64,000 nt of DNA, taken from positions 29,918,150-29,982,149 of the forward strand of contig NC_134026.1 in NCBI RefSeq assembly GCF_964204645.1, read 5' to 3'. Shown here in pieces: positions 1-13,949 of this stretch (position 1 is the first letter of the stretch; each line of letters opens with the position of its first letter). Position numbers and translations under genes: made by a program. The notes under the pieces are model-generated. The model worked only from the letters and a program-made list of their open reading frames with translations, was not told where the DNA came from and made no database searches. Source of the DNA: Tubulanus polymorphus (Eukaryota > Animalia > Nemertea).

Positions 1-694
1 CGATCAGGGACCTCAAACCACGTGAAAATTGTGGATGGCTAGCAGCTCTGGAATCGTGATGTAGGGTAAGCGATGGTAGTTATTTTGTTTTGTAGTTATA
101 TGAACATTGTTTCAGCGTTATACAGCGCAGTACGGTAGAACTATAAATACACGACTGATTGAATTAATGTTTCGTTTCCGTACGACATCTAATTAATAAT
201 TCATACGACGAACGCCAATGATTTATAAGACGAAGAAAGGTCATAAAACTCTAATTTTCACCTGAAATCAGGCCCAGAAAATGATAATGATCGCACTGCA
301 TACAAATATCAGATACAACAACTGCAACCAAAGCATTTTAAAACTAAACCTTTATACAACACACATACTACTGTATGCATACATGATCATTATCCAGCAT
401 TTGTTTTGTCCTGAATTCATCTTGTATTTGAATCGATTTTAATGAAAAAAAAATTAAAAACACAATAAGCAGAAAATGTTGATTTGTTAGCTTTATAAAA
501 ATTATCACGAAAAGCAGATTTATGGTTTTTATAAGAAGCGTTTGGTCGTGTAGTAGGAAGCAGGTGTCCCGATGATATATTGTTGTTTCCTAAGCATCTG
601 TCTTTATGTAAGGGAAGCCAAATCGATGTACTGCAAAACTATCTCAAATAAGTGAAACAGCGACCCTTATCGAGACAGTCGTATAGACACGTAC

Positions 695-3600
695 CCAACG
701 GAAAGGTTTCCAACACTTCCACTCGGACGTAGAGAGTAGAATTTACTCGATGAAAACCTGGTTTAACAATGATTACAATACTCAACACTACAGTTAGGTG
801 TATACAGGATCTATCGTGTATAATGAATAACTCTTTTATAGAATATAGAAAACTATAATTGCTGAAGAACAATGATTTCAAGTGGAGAGTAATTCACATT
901 ATCAAAACAGTAAACGCGAAGACCTGGTGAAGTTACTCTATGCACTAATAGTAAAAGTTGGATATTTTGATAAAATCAAGTAAACCTTCAAATTACAACC
1001 AGGTTTTCATGTTTACTGATTTGACACAAGGTTAAAACGGCTTCTCTACAACTACTCTTATTAATAAAACATTACAAGGTAGAGTGACACATGCACAAAT
1101 ATGAATAGATCACAAGCAACAAGGTGAATGATAGTTTATGAGGTTCCGTGCCATTCAAATTGGCAAAACCATCTAAAAGTATCTTACATATTGACAAATA
1201 TCTATCAAATTCATTTATTTTTGAAACAAGAAGAGTTAAGATAGCTAGTTCGATACAATGAGATTTGGTACTTATTTCACACTGTAGATGGAAGCACATT
1301 CTAAAGCCTTTCAGCGTGAATCATCGAGTATTTGACCGAAAAGATTGATGACGAACAACAGAGTAAAATCCAACAACAAAAATAGAAATATGATATTGAA
1401 TAAGAAATTACCTGCGTGGTCCAAATCCTGATCTGCGAATCCTATAGAAAGCATGAATACCAAAGAAACAGTTTGATGGTTAGTTTTACTATAAAAATGG
1501 CAGGTTTTACAGCGCAATAATCTCAGCAAAGTATTTGAAATCGATCATGCCATTAGTACAGAGTTTCTTAAAGCAAGCATTTTCTCCACACACAGTTTTA
1601 TACCGAACGAAAAAATCAGCATAAGTTAAAAATCTTTCAAAGAGAAACTTTAAAGGGAAGGATTTGACTATTTGCAGAAAATATCAGTAGAATTTAAGTG
1701 AAAGATTCAATCATTCGAAGCGAATGATGACAGTATTTTGATGACTACTGTTTTAATGATCGTAGCACAAGCGATTTAAGGCTCTAAATCAAACTGATAT
1801 AAACAGAACTTACGCAGAACTACGATTGTCTAAATCTTGAACCGGACTCGGAGATAACAATGTCTTAGCTCGTTTCACTGTGATCTCTTGAGTCTATAAG
1901 AAATAAACAAGAGTCATTTAGTGAACTATGACAAATCAAGTAAAAGCATAGATGAATTGAAACCAGTTACTACAAGCTGGGTTCTTACAGATCAAGGAAT
2001 CCAAAATTCACTATTTCCTGATTTCCCCTTGACCCTTGGCCAAGAAATTCCCTGATTAAATCATAAGACATCCTCAGTGGTGGCTGTTCTTTTCAAGATT
2101 CCTTGCGCCACTCATCACAAGCAAGAAGAGCAAGACTCCAAACATTCAAATTCCCTTTTCTTAATTTGCAAGAAAAGTCAGAATTTCCTGATTTTCTCTC
2201 CGGGGAAATAAATCCGGGATTCCCTGACTTCCCTGACTTGTAAGAACTCTGTACAAGTATCCTGACCTTCACTCGAATTCCGTATTCAGTTTCAACCAGA
2301 TTTTTCATCAGATTATAACTTTCAACCATGTGATCATGAAGTGGTTGCATAGTTGGTGAAACTCTCTGACTGTGAATCTGTAAACCATTACATAACAACT
2401 GAATCTGAAATATTAAGAAGAAAAAGAACAAAATCAATGTTGAGTGAACCATATTCGCAATGAACCATCAACTAGACTACGTGGTGTGTTTAACTAACTT
2501 GTTTAGCCGTCGCTTCCCGCAATCTTTGCACCAATTGAAACGTTGTTTTTCCTGGGTTTTCGTGCATGTAGGAATCTTCATAGAAGACCTGTATAAAAGA
2601 TGTTAATTACTGAATGTTCTTATAAAACAGTTTTATCTGATAGCGATAAAAATACCGACCTTATACATGCTGATACCACCACTTACAGCGGGATCAACAA
2701 TACCATTGAGAACCATTCCTAACGGATCGACGCGCATTTTCAAATCTGACTGCGTAACTTCGATTAAACCTCTTAATTTCTCATTTGCTGCGTCAATAGT
2801 TTCAATAGCTACCTCTAATGGACTAACTAAACTCTATATATGTAAAATAATAATCATTCAGTCACTATAAACAATTCATTCATTGATGTGTAATCATTAA
2901 ACTTACAACATGAGTAGAAGTAACTGGGAACCAGCGTAGAATCCCCGGTAATGGGTAAGATGTGACCATATTAGTTCGTTCTAACCACATATTCTGAAAA
3001 AATTAAACCAGATATCATAAGAATTTCGCAATAGTTATCTTAGAATGAACACAGAATTGATTCGACTCACAGCTACATCTCCGCTGCCTTTATCAATTCT
3101 ACGTGAAAACGTAAACTTCTGAACCTCGTTCACTTTATAATACTTCAGTATTTGATCTTTCACTTTTTTGTTGATGAATTTTGATTTTAGTTCGAGCATC
3201 GGAGTTACTGCATTCACTTGTAAATGCTGTTCACTTGACTCCATGATTTCATCACCCGGTGTCGTTAGTGTCTTCAATAACTGTAATATTTATCACAATT
3301 GTACAGATCAAAAACGGATTATATAAGAAATAAAAGTACATAATATCGAACTGAATTTGTTACCTGTGAATTTGGAAATTGATTTTGCAATCTGACCGCG
3401 AAATCTGATAATCTCTCATACTCTTTACCTCTGAACACATAGACTTTATTCTGAAATGAATAACAAACAAAATTTCAACCAGAGTTTCTATCGACAAACA
3501 TCAAAGGAGTATTTTCATGATATAAATCGAATGAATACCTCTAAGAATGATGGGAATCCTTTTCCATAGAACCCAACTCTAAAATACTCCGGTTCTGGTC

Positions 3601-6600
3601 GCATTTCAGTGATTATTTTCTTATAAAACTGCGCTTGTTGCGTCTGAAATTGAGCGATGAATATAATTCAATTAAAGTTCAGATAAAATTATCTATAAAC
3701 TCATAAATGATTGAACTGTTTACCAATAAATCACTGAGTTGATCGTAATCGAATGTTTCAGACTCATATTGATTTATCAACTCTTTACAGATTTCAACTC
3801 CTTTCTCCCACATCTGAAATAACAAAAATCAACATCACCTCACGAAAGATAGACGTAAAATACCGAGTACGAATCTAAAACGTACCTTCCCCTTATTGAA
3901 GTAATGAATCATTTCGTAGTAAAGTTTCTGTTTTAGTTCCCGATGAGTATGAGCTTCAGGATATTTATTACTACACAACACTGAACTCAAAAGCGTATCC
4001 GACCACTGAAACGATATATACGAAACTCGAGTTCATTTCACTGATCGATGAACACAGCGATTACAAAGATTTCGCTGGATTACGCTGAAATGTTTATTAC
4101 CTGTAGTAGTTTAGCATATAACATCAGTGTATAAGCGGCTTCCGTGTAGTTATCACACTCTAAATGCAAGTCACATAGTTTATGCAAGTATCTGATGTAC
4201 ATTTCCTGACGATTTATGTCATGATAGAAATTCTGAAAATAGAGAAATCATTTGCGATCATTCTGCTACTAAATCGACTCATTATATCGATGATTTTGAG
4301 GGTTTAAACATACCAGCAAATTGACGATACAGCTCATTTTATTCTCTTTACTATCGTCATTTATAACCGACCGGTATTCCAGTAAGTGCTGCAATAGCTG
4401 TTGAATCGTAGCTACAAATATCACACCTTGTTCCTTCATACTTTGTTGGTTCTCGAAATATCCGCGCATTCTGTGAACGGGGGAGAACATCATAACAGAT
4501 TATTATTAGAGATATGAGTTTTTGTGGAGACAAGTTTGCGGAAGAAAAACTTACATATTGTAAAATAAGTCTCTATATTGTTCATCACCTCGTCCTCCTT
4601 CGACTAATACATCCAACTGTGTTATTATTTCATTTTCAACCTAAACAGAAATCGATGACATCAATCAATATCGATTTATCGATTTTAATATTCAACAAAT
4701 CTGATATTTCAGTTTTCTACCTCTTTAAAGTTGCTCTTATACTTCGTTCCACCGCCGCGTAGTTTCTCGATCTGTAAGAACTCGTTGTGCATCATATCGA
4801 AGAATATCGGAATCGTGTGTTTACGCAGTTCGATCTCCGGAATCAACGTCATCTCGAGAATCGGCCCGACCATTCCCGGTATAAACAATGTCTTATTTGG
4901 ACCTGCAGAAAATATACTAATTTGTGTTACATTGTTCAGCAGGTACAGCGGAATAACTATTAACCCTTTCAGTGCCGACTTATTAATACCCGAAAGTGCT
5001 GGAGATGATTTGAAATTTTTTCATAATATACCACCCCAGTGTGTTAAATAGGGGGAAGTGTAGATGTACTGAAAGGGTCAAAACTATTGATTCGATACCT
5101 AAATTGAACCAAATGCTGCGTATTTCAAAACCAGCTTCTCTTCGCATGTCTTTATATCGTGATATTATCTTGCTTTGTTTCAGCGCGGTGAAGTTTTCCA
5201 GTTGAAGACTCTCTTGTGTCAGGAATGATATCGAACAATGGAAAAAGTTGTTCCACAACTAGAAAAAACATTATACAATCGAAATGAAGCTTTCTGTCAT
5301 GTTTGTACAACAGGTGCTGATATCATAACTAAAAGGAAACTTCAGTGCGAGCTCATTTTGAAGAACATTTTTACCTGATATTCAAATGGTTCAGAGAATC
5401 GATCTTTCAGCGTATGTGAAAAGAAGCGCAATGCTTTCAGTATGACGCTGTTCTGTAACATGATCATCTCATTCCAGTCGTTGGGATAATAAACACGTTT
5501 GACCAGTTCACGAAATACGAGCAAAACTTTCACCAGAAAATCCATCACTTCTCGTGTACCGGCCATGTTAGTGATGTATTCCTGATAATGAGTCTCGGTC
5601 ATTTGATGAAACATAGCCGTTAAAACAGCGACGCAATTACGCTGAAAATATCATTAACCATCAGTTGATATAAAATCTATTCAAAATAACAGGGTGGCCA
5701 GCATCCTCGCTTGCCAGGGGTCCGGTATCACTCCCGAACTCGCTTCCACCAGCCCTATGGCCTCACGAAGCGTGATTCCATTACTGGCGCTGTTGCACGT
5801 GACGTCATATATCGATTTGCGAAATACTTCCTTGTTCGGTAAAACGTTCGCTGATTGGTCAATTTAACGGGAAAACCAACAGAAGTCTACTGACGGTTTG
5901 TTACAAGCGCTGTGATTGGTACGACCGGATTCTGGTCGGCTAGTAACGACTCCAACGACTCGTGAGGTCAAGGGGTTCGGGGAACAGCTTTAGCGTAGTG
6001 GGTTCGAATCCCTTGACGGGTGAAGATGGGTGGCCAGAGAAATCTGAAACACTTACGACAAGGGAACTCTCTTTCTCGATGTCGAGTTGTATGACAGTTT
6101 TGATTACCGTGCTCAGCATTATTCTCAATATCGAAGCCAAATCTTCATGAAGTACTCCCTAATCAAATATACCAGAGATAGAAATCAATATTACGATGAA
6201 GTTTTTAAAACTATAGTCACAAACCCAGGTCGCTAACTTCTTGAACTTACAGTTTCATTGCGATACATCAAATCTAGAATATCTCCGAGTATAACGATGC
6301 AAAGTTCAGTCTCTTCGTATGATTCCAAACTCATTTTAACGTGGTCTAATAAAGCGGGTAAGAGAACACTTCTCGATGTCGGTTCACGGAATATCTCACT
6401 GTGTACGATATCCTTGATACACTGTAGTTTCTGTTTAATCAGCGAATTACTCGCGACGTTATTGACGAAATTTACGATCAGATTACTCAGTTCATTTACA
6501 TCGAGCATCTGCATTAAATCTGGTATTGCAGATGGAATGTATTTCATAGCAGCAGCCTGAAATGAATAACCAATAAAATCATAAATCTCCTAACCCTTTC

Positions 6601-9600
6601 AGTGCTGACTAGTTAATACCCTCTAGTGCTAGAGATAATTTGAAAATTTTTAAAATTCCACCCTAGTGTGTTGAATAACGGGAATAGCACTATAGTGTGT
6701 CTACACCGCGGCGCGGTGTATCGTTAGTTACTAATATTTCACTATGTTTGACACGTGCTGCCATTTTTCTAGAGAGATAATTACTAATTACATCAATACA
6801 CCGCATTGCGATGTACTAGCAAAATCCATCACTGATTTATACACCCCACTGCGGTGTAGACGCACTGAAAGGGTTAAACACGTAAATTAACCAACTTTTC
6901 TACAACAACACTTTCAGCATTTCTAGGTTATTGTTGGAACTAAAAACATCATCAGACTTACAGAATATGAAGTCTTCTGAAAACAGGTACAAGCAGAGGA
7001 AGACGAAGGAGGTATTTCAATGTATAAATCCGGTGGGTTAATAGAAGATTGATTAATTATAGACTGTTTCAACTTACCTGAACTAATCTTGTTCTCTCAG
7101 TTTTAATCATCATCATGATGTTCAGCGATGTCAATAGTTGTACAACTGATGTCTGAAACTGTTGTTGTCCGAGTCCTTCATTCAAACTGTCAATAAAACA
7201 TGTAAAATATTCATTCCTCTTCGGGTAAACACTGCAGAAGTCTCTCTGATGAGAGAAATACTGATTAAACTTACGCGACAAACAGCACGCGAGATCTGAG
7301 GATAAATTTCATCAGAAACTCGTACGACTTCAAAGTTTTCAATAACGGTTCTAAATACTCAGTTTCTCCGGCTCGTTCAACGTAGAAACGCAAAGTATTT
7401 ATCAATTTCCTAAAAATAAACGATAAACTCTGAATCTGCTGCCTGGGTAAAGCTCTGGTGGGGTAAAGCTGCTCTTGTGTCACAACACGTATACGATTAC
7501 TTACGGATAAACTAATGTAGCGCTGAAGTCGTTTTTAATGTAGACCTCGAGAACCGGTTTGAATTGATTATATTTATGATCGGAAGTCAATCCAATGATC
7601 ATAACTAACGCATCGAACACAAGATTGTCGTATTGATCGCAATCAGAATTCTGTAGAATGTTGAATAAAGCGTCCAGCGTATCTTGTAAGAACTAGAAAC
7701 AGATATATGAAATAATTACCGAATTCAACTCGCTTCAGAATTTCATGGATCTGTAAAGAGTGAATTCTACCTTGATGATTTCCTCTCCATCGACTTTCAT
7801 AATCGCTTTCAGATGATGTTCTAATCCGGTTGGATTATCCCTCCAGTTCAATAATCCCCTCAAATCGACGTTCTGAGTTAGTTTAGTGGAACAGACGAGT
7901 GAAGATATTTGAAACGAATCTTTCTGTGACAATGTCAGAGGACCGTGTCCTATATGCGGTTTACTATTCGTGTTATTAGATAACACAGTATCCAGATCAA
8001 GACGTGTAGAGGGTAATGACTGATAAGCTTTCCAGCAATCGTCCAATTTCTTCGATTCGATCTGAAAAATGCACCAAATAACAGTAAAATACCAGCAAAG
8101 TACAGAGATAACGCTTTCATAACAATTATATCACAAACTCTACCTTATAGACTAGAAGGTTATGTAACCCATCTGCTAATGTGGTTCCATCCGACTTTTT
8201 TAATTTCACATACGCAAGAGCGAATGGTCTTTCCGTCCGATCTTTAGCTGAAAATAGACAATCAGTTATACGTCCAACTTTTCTCATCATTGAGTTTTCC
8301 AAGCTCAGATTTGATGTAAATGAATTCTACCTTCGTTAGTCGATCGATGTCTGAACAAGAATCTTAAATGTGAAGCACTGAAATCATCGATAGGCAAAGC
8401 GACCTACAAAACAAAGCAATCAAACTATTAATCATAAAAATACTGTCAGTAGTGAATTACTGATGAACTTATAAAGATTAAGACACAAAGTTTTAGACTC
8501 TCTCTTGAGAACATATTCAGGTAGGTAGAAATAGACAAAATGACGGGTATTTTATGTATTTCTTCACACCTGACAATGGTCTCTAGAGAGTCTGAAACGT
8601 TCCAAATCTTTATCTTAATTATAGATTTATTAATTTTGTATTTGTATATAATGGGTTTTAATCTTATTCCTCCACACGGGAGTTTACGCGCTATTCTACT
8701 ATTGATGAACTTACTTTGACAGTTTCGTACCATTTCGGACGATCCTCGTGGTAATAAATAACAGATCTGTATTCACAATGCGGAGGGCAGCCAGCTCCCA
8801 TCATTACTACTGACTGTAATAGAAGTCGTTTGGAGACTTGAATCAGTTATCAAAAAAATCATTCAGCAATGGTCATTAAAAGACTCACCGAAATAATGCT
8901 GCCAGATTTATCACAGACAGACATGATGACTTCGACATTCCTATCCGATGTTTTATTTCCTTTTGTAAATTCTCCTTGTACAATAGTTACGTAGATATCA
9001 TTCCTAATATCACCCGGTAATATGACCTCGGGGAAGCCTAACTTTCTCGAAATCACTGTCGATCCGATGATAAGATGGGGTTGTTCTTCTTTTACTTGTT
9101 CTAAATCTCCCGGCAATCTTAACGCCGAGATCCACAGACCTTGACCTTTGTGATTGATTGCTCCCTCTTTAACTGAAATCACCTTCTTCACAACGGAATC
9201 AAGAAACTCTCGTTCACCGCATCTATTTACAAAGATACATAAACAATTCAAGCTGAATTCAAATTCCCTGATATTTCCCTGACCCTAGACTAATAATTCC
9301 CTAATCAAATTATAAGATATCCTAAATGGTGACTGTCTCTTATCATGAAGTTAGTTGTACCCCGTAAGAACAAGAAAACGCCAAACCAAGAAAAGAGTCA
9401 GAATTCCGTGATTTTCCACGCAGGTAAAATAAATCAAGCATTCCCTAATCTGTAACAACCCTGAAAATAGTTATATATTGATGTAGGTATTTAGATAAAC
9501 TAATTCAGTATTTACTGTTGAAATGGTACGAAGAACTGAGTCTCTTCGTCTGTCCGAACTTTGCCCATGATTATTTCAGTAATATCCATAGCAGCGACTC

Positions 9601-12600
9601 CGAATGGTCGACGCAATCCTTGAGCTAGTTTACGCTCACTGTGTTCCTTCAGATTCATACAACCTTCAATATCAAATACATACATTAACATATATAGCTG
9701 GAAATTACTCGATCAAGTTCCAAAAATATGACTAGGGCTGAATTAGAAACAAACTTATTTCAATATAGAGTGAGAACTGCAGATCGCAGTCGTGGACTAT
9801 AAAACATACCAATTCTGATGATTTGACAGATCAGAAACACCTTCCCTCTTTCGAGATCTCTGTGACCAAGATCCTATAAATAATCACATGATTAGAAACT
9901 ACTTAACTACGACGAAATGAAAATCATATCATGAAACAAAAATATTGAACTACTTACAGTGAAAAGCACTCGCAGATTGTTTAACATCTCGATATCTTTA
10001 GGAAGTCCTTTACCTCCCCACTTCACGATGTAGTTTTCACTGAAAATGAATGATAACAATGACTCGCATTCATAAACTACAGTTTTATGCTTTTCTGAAA
10101 CTGGACCCTCAATATAAGTGAAATCCAACAAATGAAAACTAGAAAATATAAAAAATATATTGAGATGACTATGTTTTGGGTGCAATAATGACCTGGGGCC
10201 GGTTCCATAGACAACTTAGACTTAAGACCGGTCTGAGACAAACTAAGTCCTATAGCCAATCAAACAACTTAAGACCCGTCTTAAGGGTTAAGATAACTTT
10301 TGGTCTTAAGTCTTGACTATGGAACCGGCCCCTGGTGAATATTTCCTAGCCTGTATTCGTGGGATTTATCTTTCGTTTTATCATTTCACAGATTACTGAA
10401 GTCACTGTTATGATATCTACGTGATAATACCTGATATATCTGTTCTGTTTACAATCATATAAACTCATTAATACATCCGCATCTTCACCAATTCTACACA
10501 CGAAATTCCGCACAGAAACCAACAAACTGAAACTGTGTTTATTTCCTAATGTTCTGTATGGCGGTTCAATTGACTGAAATAAATGCAAACAATTATCACA
10601 CAACATTTCAATCGAATCCATTTTCCTGAAAAGCAACCAGTGTACAGTAGTTTTCATATTTATTTGTGATCGTAATGAGGAAGTTATACTGATATCATGT
10701 CGCAAAAACGTGGAGTCATGAATGTTCTTATAATAAATTACTGAATCTGAATGAAATAAAAATCGTAATCGGACAATAATTCAAGCATTTGAACACAAAC
10801 TAACGATTTGCATGATTAAATAAAACACAAGAAAGCCAAAGTAAAATTACTTCTGGAGGGAATGAACTGAAAAAATAAATCACACAAACACGAATAAACT
10901 TATTCACCAAGGACAAAAATGGTGTCTAAAACAAAAATAAAGAATATTGGATGTGAACATTTGAGGTATAAACATCCACAGAAATTTCCATCGTCAAGTC
11001 ATTGTGTATCTGCGGAATTTAAGAGAAAGCCACAACCTATTTGAAAATGGTTCGCAGTTTTTGAGTTAAAAAGATTTAAGTGAATTTTTCTATCTGATTC
11101 AACTATCGAGACGAGTTAATAACACAACATCCACATAAACAAATAGAATAATAGAAAGCAATGCCTCAATCATTCGATCAAGGACAAACCAAAATTTCAC
11201 GAACATAGACCCGATATTCATGCAAAATAGTTTGTACATTTACAACAATGAGCACTCTACCTCTGCCTCTGAAAAAAGCAAGGGCAGCGTCAAATCCTGT
11301 GACTGAAAACATTAAAACAAAATATCGTTTGAATTCAAACGCATGATTATCATAAACAACAGTTTTTAGGATTTATGAGCAAGGGAAAACTGACCTTGGC
11401 TCTTTGAACGCGTAAAGCACCGGCCTCGTGTTGTCTATATAACTGTATACAACCAGTACGGCTAGGATCTAGAATGTTCCCTTGTTCATCGCGAACGACC
11501 AAATCAAGACCCAATAATCTATTAATTATAACAGTTATATATGAGTGAAAATTGATTTCTCATGTGTGATATATAATACGACTACAGGAATACATACGCA
11601 TTTCCCATATCAATTTTAGCCGTCATTTTCTGCTGAAGACTTTTCACTTCATCCTTTAAGAAAATTATATGCCACACTTAATCAATAACACAAGTTTTTT
11701 CCCGGAAGCGCGAAGTTGTTTCAGTTTACAAGATCAACGCTTACCATTGGTAATTTACGAGACATAATCAGCTTCCTTTGATCAATCAGTTCTAACATGA
11801 ATTTACGCACAACATCAAAATGTCGATTGTGAGTCTGTAATTAAAAAATTTAATAACATATTTAGTAAATATGGAGCAATGGATCCATCAATTCTTATTG
11901 AATTATACTGACCAGATAAAGATCTTTGAGAATCTTCTCCCATTCCCACAATACGGAGGTAATCTCTTGAATGATGGGAGGTTCAGATAGGTATACCAAC
12001 TCAGCAGTCCTAGTAGACAATAATCAAATATATCTTAATAATTTACCAGATAAAGATACTAAAGACATATTGATCCGAATCAATCATGTAATTGCGATAA
12101 GAAGCATACAAACCCTGGTTTATTGAGAACATTTTGTCTGATATGAATATATTCTTTAGGAAAGATTCCTTTCACATGTTTATTTCTGATGTTATAACCT
12201 CTGTACCAATCTGCGAATAAGATAGGATAGCATAACATCATGAATTTGTATAGTGTCTTGTAAATAGTATGTGGCTAGAACTATTATCAAAAGATGCCCT
12301 CTAGAAGCAGGTGATGACTTCAACAGAAATGTTTCTCGAGATATCCTTTGAATACTTGGAGAGAGTCAATATCATGTGTTGGTCAGGTTGGAAATTTCAC
12401 AATATGGGTGCAAATGTGCCAAATGCACACCCACCAAATGAGACTTCAGATGTATACGACCCAACATACGCATAAAATTGACTAATTTAGTTTAGATTAC
12501 AGGTAATCAAATGATCCAGTATTTTTTTAGAACTTACTAGCATTTTCTTCGAGAATATGAACAACATCACCAATATTGAGAGGAAGTCTATGAGGTTGAT

Positions 12601-13752
12601 CATCGTTGTAACTGTATATGGCTGAAATTACCAGACAAACCTCAAACTCAATCATGATTTTCATTTGTATCAGGAGAAAAGAACATTTATTAACTCGTCA
12701 GGTCAGTGTCTGCATCTACGTAAGAAAAAACATATTTCTACTTCATATAATAAATACTACCAAGTCCAAGCACAATCGAGACAGACAGAGTAGTAGTATT
12801 ATTTAATTAGTTGCACAGGGACTTGTCACAATTGATAGTGAATGAATAAAACCAATATCAATGACCAGGTCCACTATCCCTGTATAATATAAAAACAAGG
12901 GTGGCAACAAATTGTCAATCTGACAATGACTTCTCCACTTCAATCGACTGTAATTCCAAAAATTCTCAACCGATTCACATGAAATAAGCTTTAATACAAC
13001 CTAGAAGACTTTCTGCTTCGAACGAGCCTTCAACCACCACTCTCCGACAATTATCTCACAACGAAATCACCTTTTTTTGACGAGAGATAGCTCAAAATGG
13101 AGGTCTACCGATTCTATGGTGGACAGCAAAATGGTCGTTTTTTTCACTTCAAACGATGATTTCTATGTGAGATCTTAGAGAAAACCCCAACAAACCATAC
13201 ATTTTTTTAAACTACGCGGTCATACCTGTACGCTAATCTCATTTCTAGTCTTCTAGGTTGTATTAAAGCTTATTTCATGTGAATCGGTTGAGAATTTTTG
13301 GAATTACAGTCGATTGAAGTGGAGAAGTCATTGTCAGATTGAAAATTTGTTGCCATCCTTGTTATTTCATTGTACAGTTGCAGGGATACTGGTACCCCCA
13401 TCATTGGTCTCATCATCAGTCGTGACAAGTCCCTGTGATTTAGTTGAGGCTGCAGAATTCGTGACTTTTTTGTCTTTTGAATTAATGATTACATTGGAAT
13501 TATTGACAAGGTCCAACCAGCGAGAGCAATTACCAATACCATCATTATTAGGTTGAACCGATGGCCGGTCCGCATAACGACTGACAACTGCCAATTGTAG
13601 TAGATCAGTTGATTGACATGAACACGGAAGTAAAATTCCAAAACAAAATTTCAAAGGGAATTTACAGTTTGTAGAGTTTATGTAAAATGATAGACGAGCA
13701 ACTCACCGACGGCATACTTCCTCTCATTGCAAGCTTTCAACCACTTCGTCAT
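695..13752 (-). CDS. DOCK1: Dedicator of cytokinesis protein 1-like (DOCK180/myoblast city; DOCK-A Rac GEF), multi-exon; 3' end unresolved and probably continues past the left edge
   Basis: Exon 1 (13707-13752) [15 protein letters not shown] splices to [26 protein letters not shown] then WYRGY...[10 protein letters not shown] (N-terminal SH3). DHR-1/C2 motifs [21 protein letters not shown] and [17 protein letters not shown]; DHR-2 motifs [17 protein letters not shown] and [16 protein letters not shown]. Canonical GT-AG boundaries. Last supported exons: 1814-1893, 1412-1441, 695-757. Confidence 0.93.
1977..2251. mobile_element. Non-autonomous DNA transposon (MITE) with hAT-like CAGGG-type termini, in a DOCK intron
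   Basis: Termini CTGGGTTCTTACA...TGTAAGAACTCTG, flanked by a direct TACAAG repeat. Internal (A)TTCCCTGA repeats. Related copies at about 9250-9463 and 57633-57846. Confidence 0.7.
4964..5077. mobile_element. piggyBac-type MITE (short, internally deleted copy)
   Basis: TTAA|CCCTTTCAGTGC ... GTACTGAAAGGG|TCAA. Same termini and 5' sequence as the 6594-6873 copy. Confidence 0.75.
5695..6036. mobile_element. GC-richer intronic insertion with degenerate terminal inverted repeats (probable old MITE)
   Basis: TGGCCAGCATCCTCGCTTGCCAGGG at the left imperfectly matches the reverse complement of CCCTTGACGGGTGAAGATGGGTGGCCA at the right. It enlarges an otherwise short intron. Confidence 0.45.
6594..6873. 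mobile_element. piggyBac-type MITE
   Basis: (C)TAA|CCCTTTCAGTGC ... GCACTGAAAGGG|TTAA: perfect 12-bp TIR at a TTAA-type site, with internal TACACCGC..GCGGTGTA palindromes. Confidence 0.8.
9250..9463. mobile_element. 5'-truncated copy of the TTCCCTGA MITE family
   Basis: Shares AAATTCCCTGA...TAAGATATCCT with 1977-2251 and ends in TGTAACAACCCTG. Confidence 0.6.
10196..10331. mobile_element. PIF/Harbinger (Tourist-like) MITE
   Basis: Perfect 15-bp TIR GGGCCGGTTCCATAG...CTATGGAACCGGCCC, flanked by a 3-bp CTG duplication. Confidence 0.8.
12894..13363. mobile_element. MITE with long (about 117 bp) terminal inverted repeats in DOCK intron 1
   Basis: 12894-13010 is the near-perfect reverse complement of 13247-13363 (CAAGGGTGGCAAC...GTTGCCATCCTTG; about 2 mismatches). 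No clear TSD. Confidence 0.8.
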
Positions 13753-13949
13753 GATGTCAATTTGAATCCTTTCATTAAATATATCGTATACTTTCAGTAT
13801 AAAAATCTTCACTTTCCGTAAACTGGGTAAACTGCGGCATCCATTTTGAATTCAGGTGGCAGCACCAGTAGTACGTGGAATTCATTGAATTGAATTGAGT
13901 GGCCAGAGTACGTGGGTTCGAATCCCACAATGTATATATCCAGCAGCGA

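Noticed and set aside
2667-6560. Plus-strand ORFs overlapping DOCK exons
   Set aside because: Antisense shadows of real coding exons.
13895-13930. tRNA T-arm/B-box motif GGTTCGAATCC (also at about 6001)
   Set aside because: No cloverleaf or convincing A-box; at most a SINE remnant.
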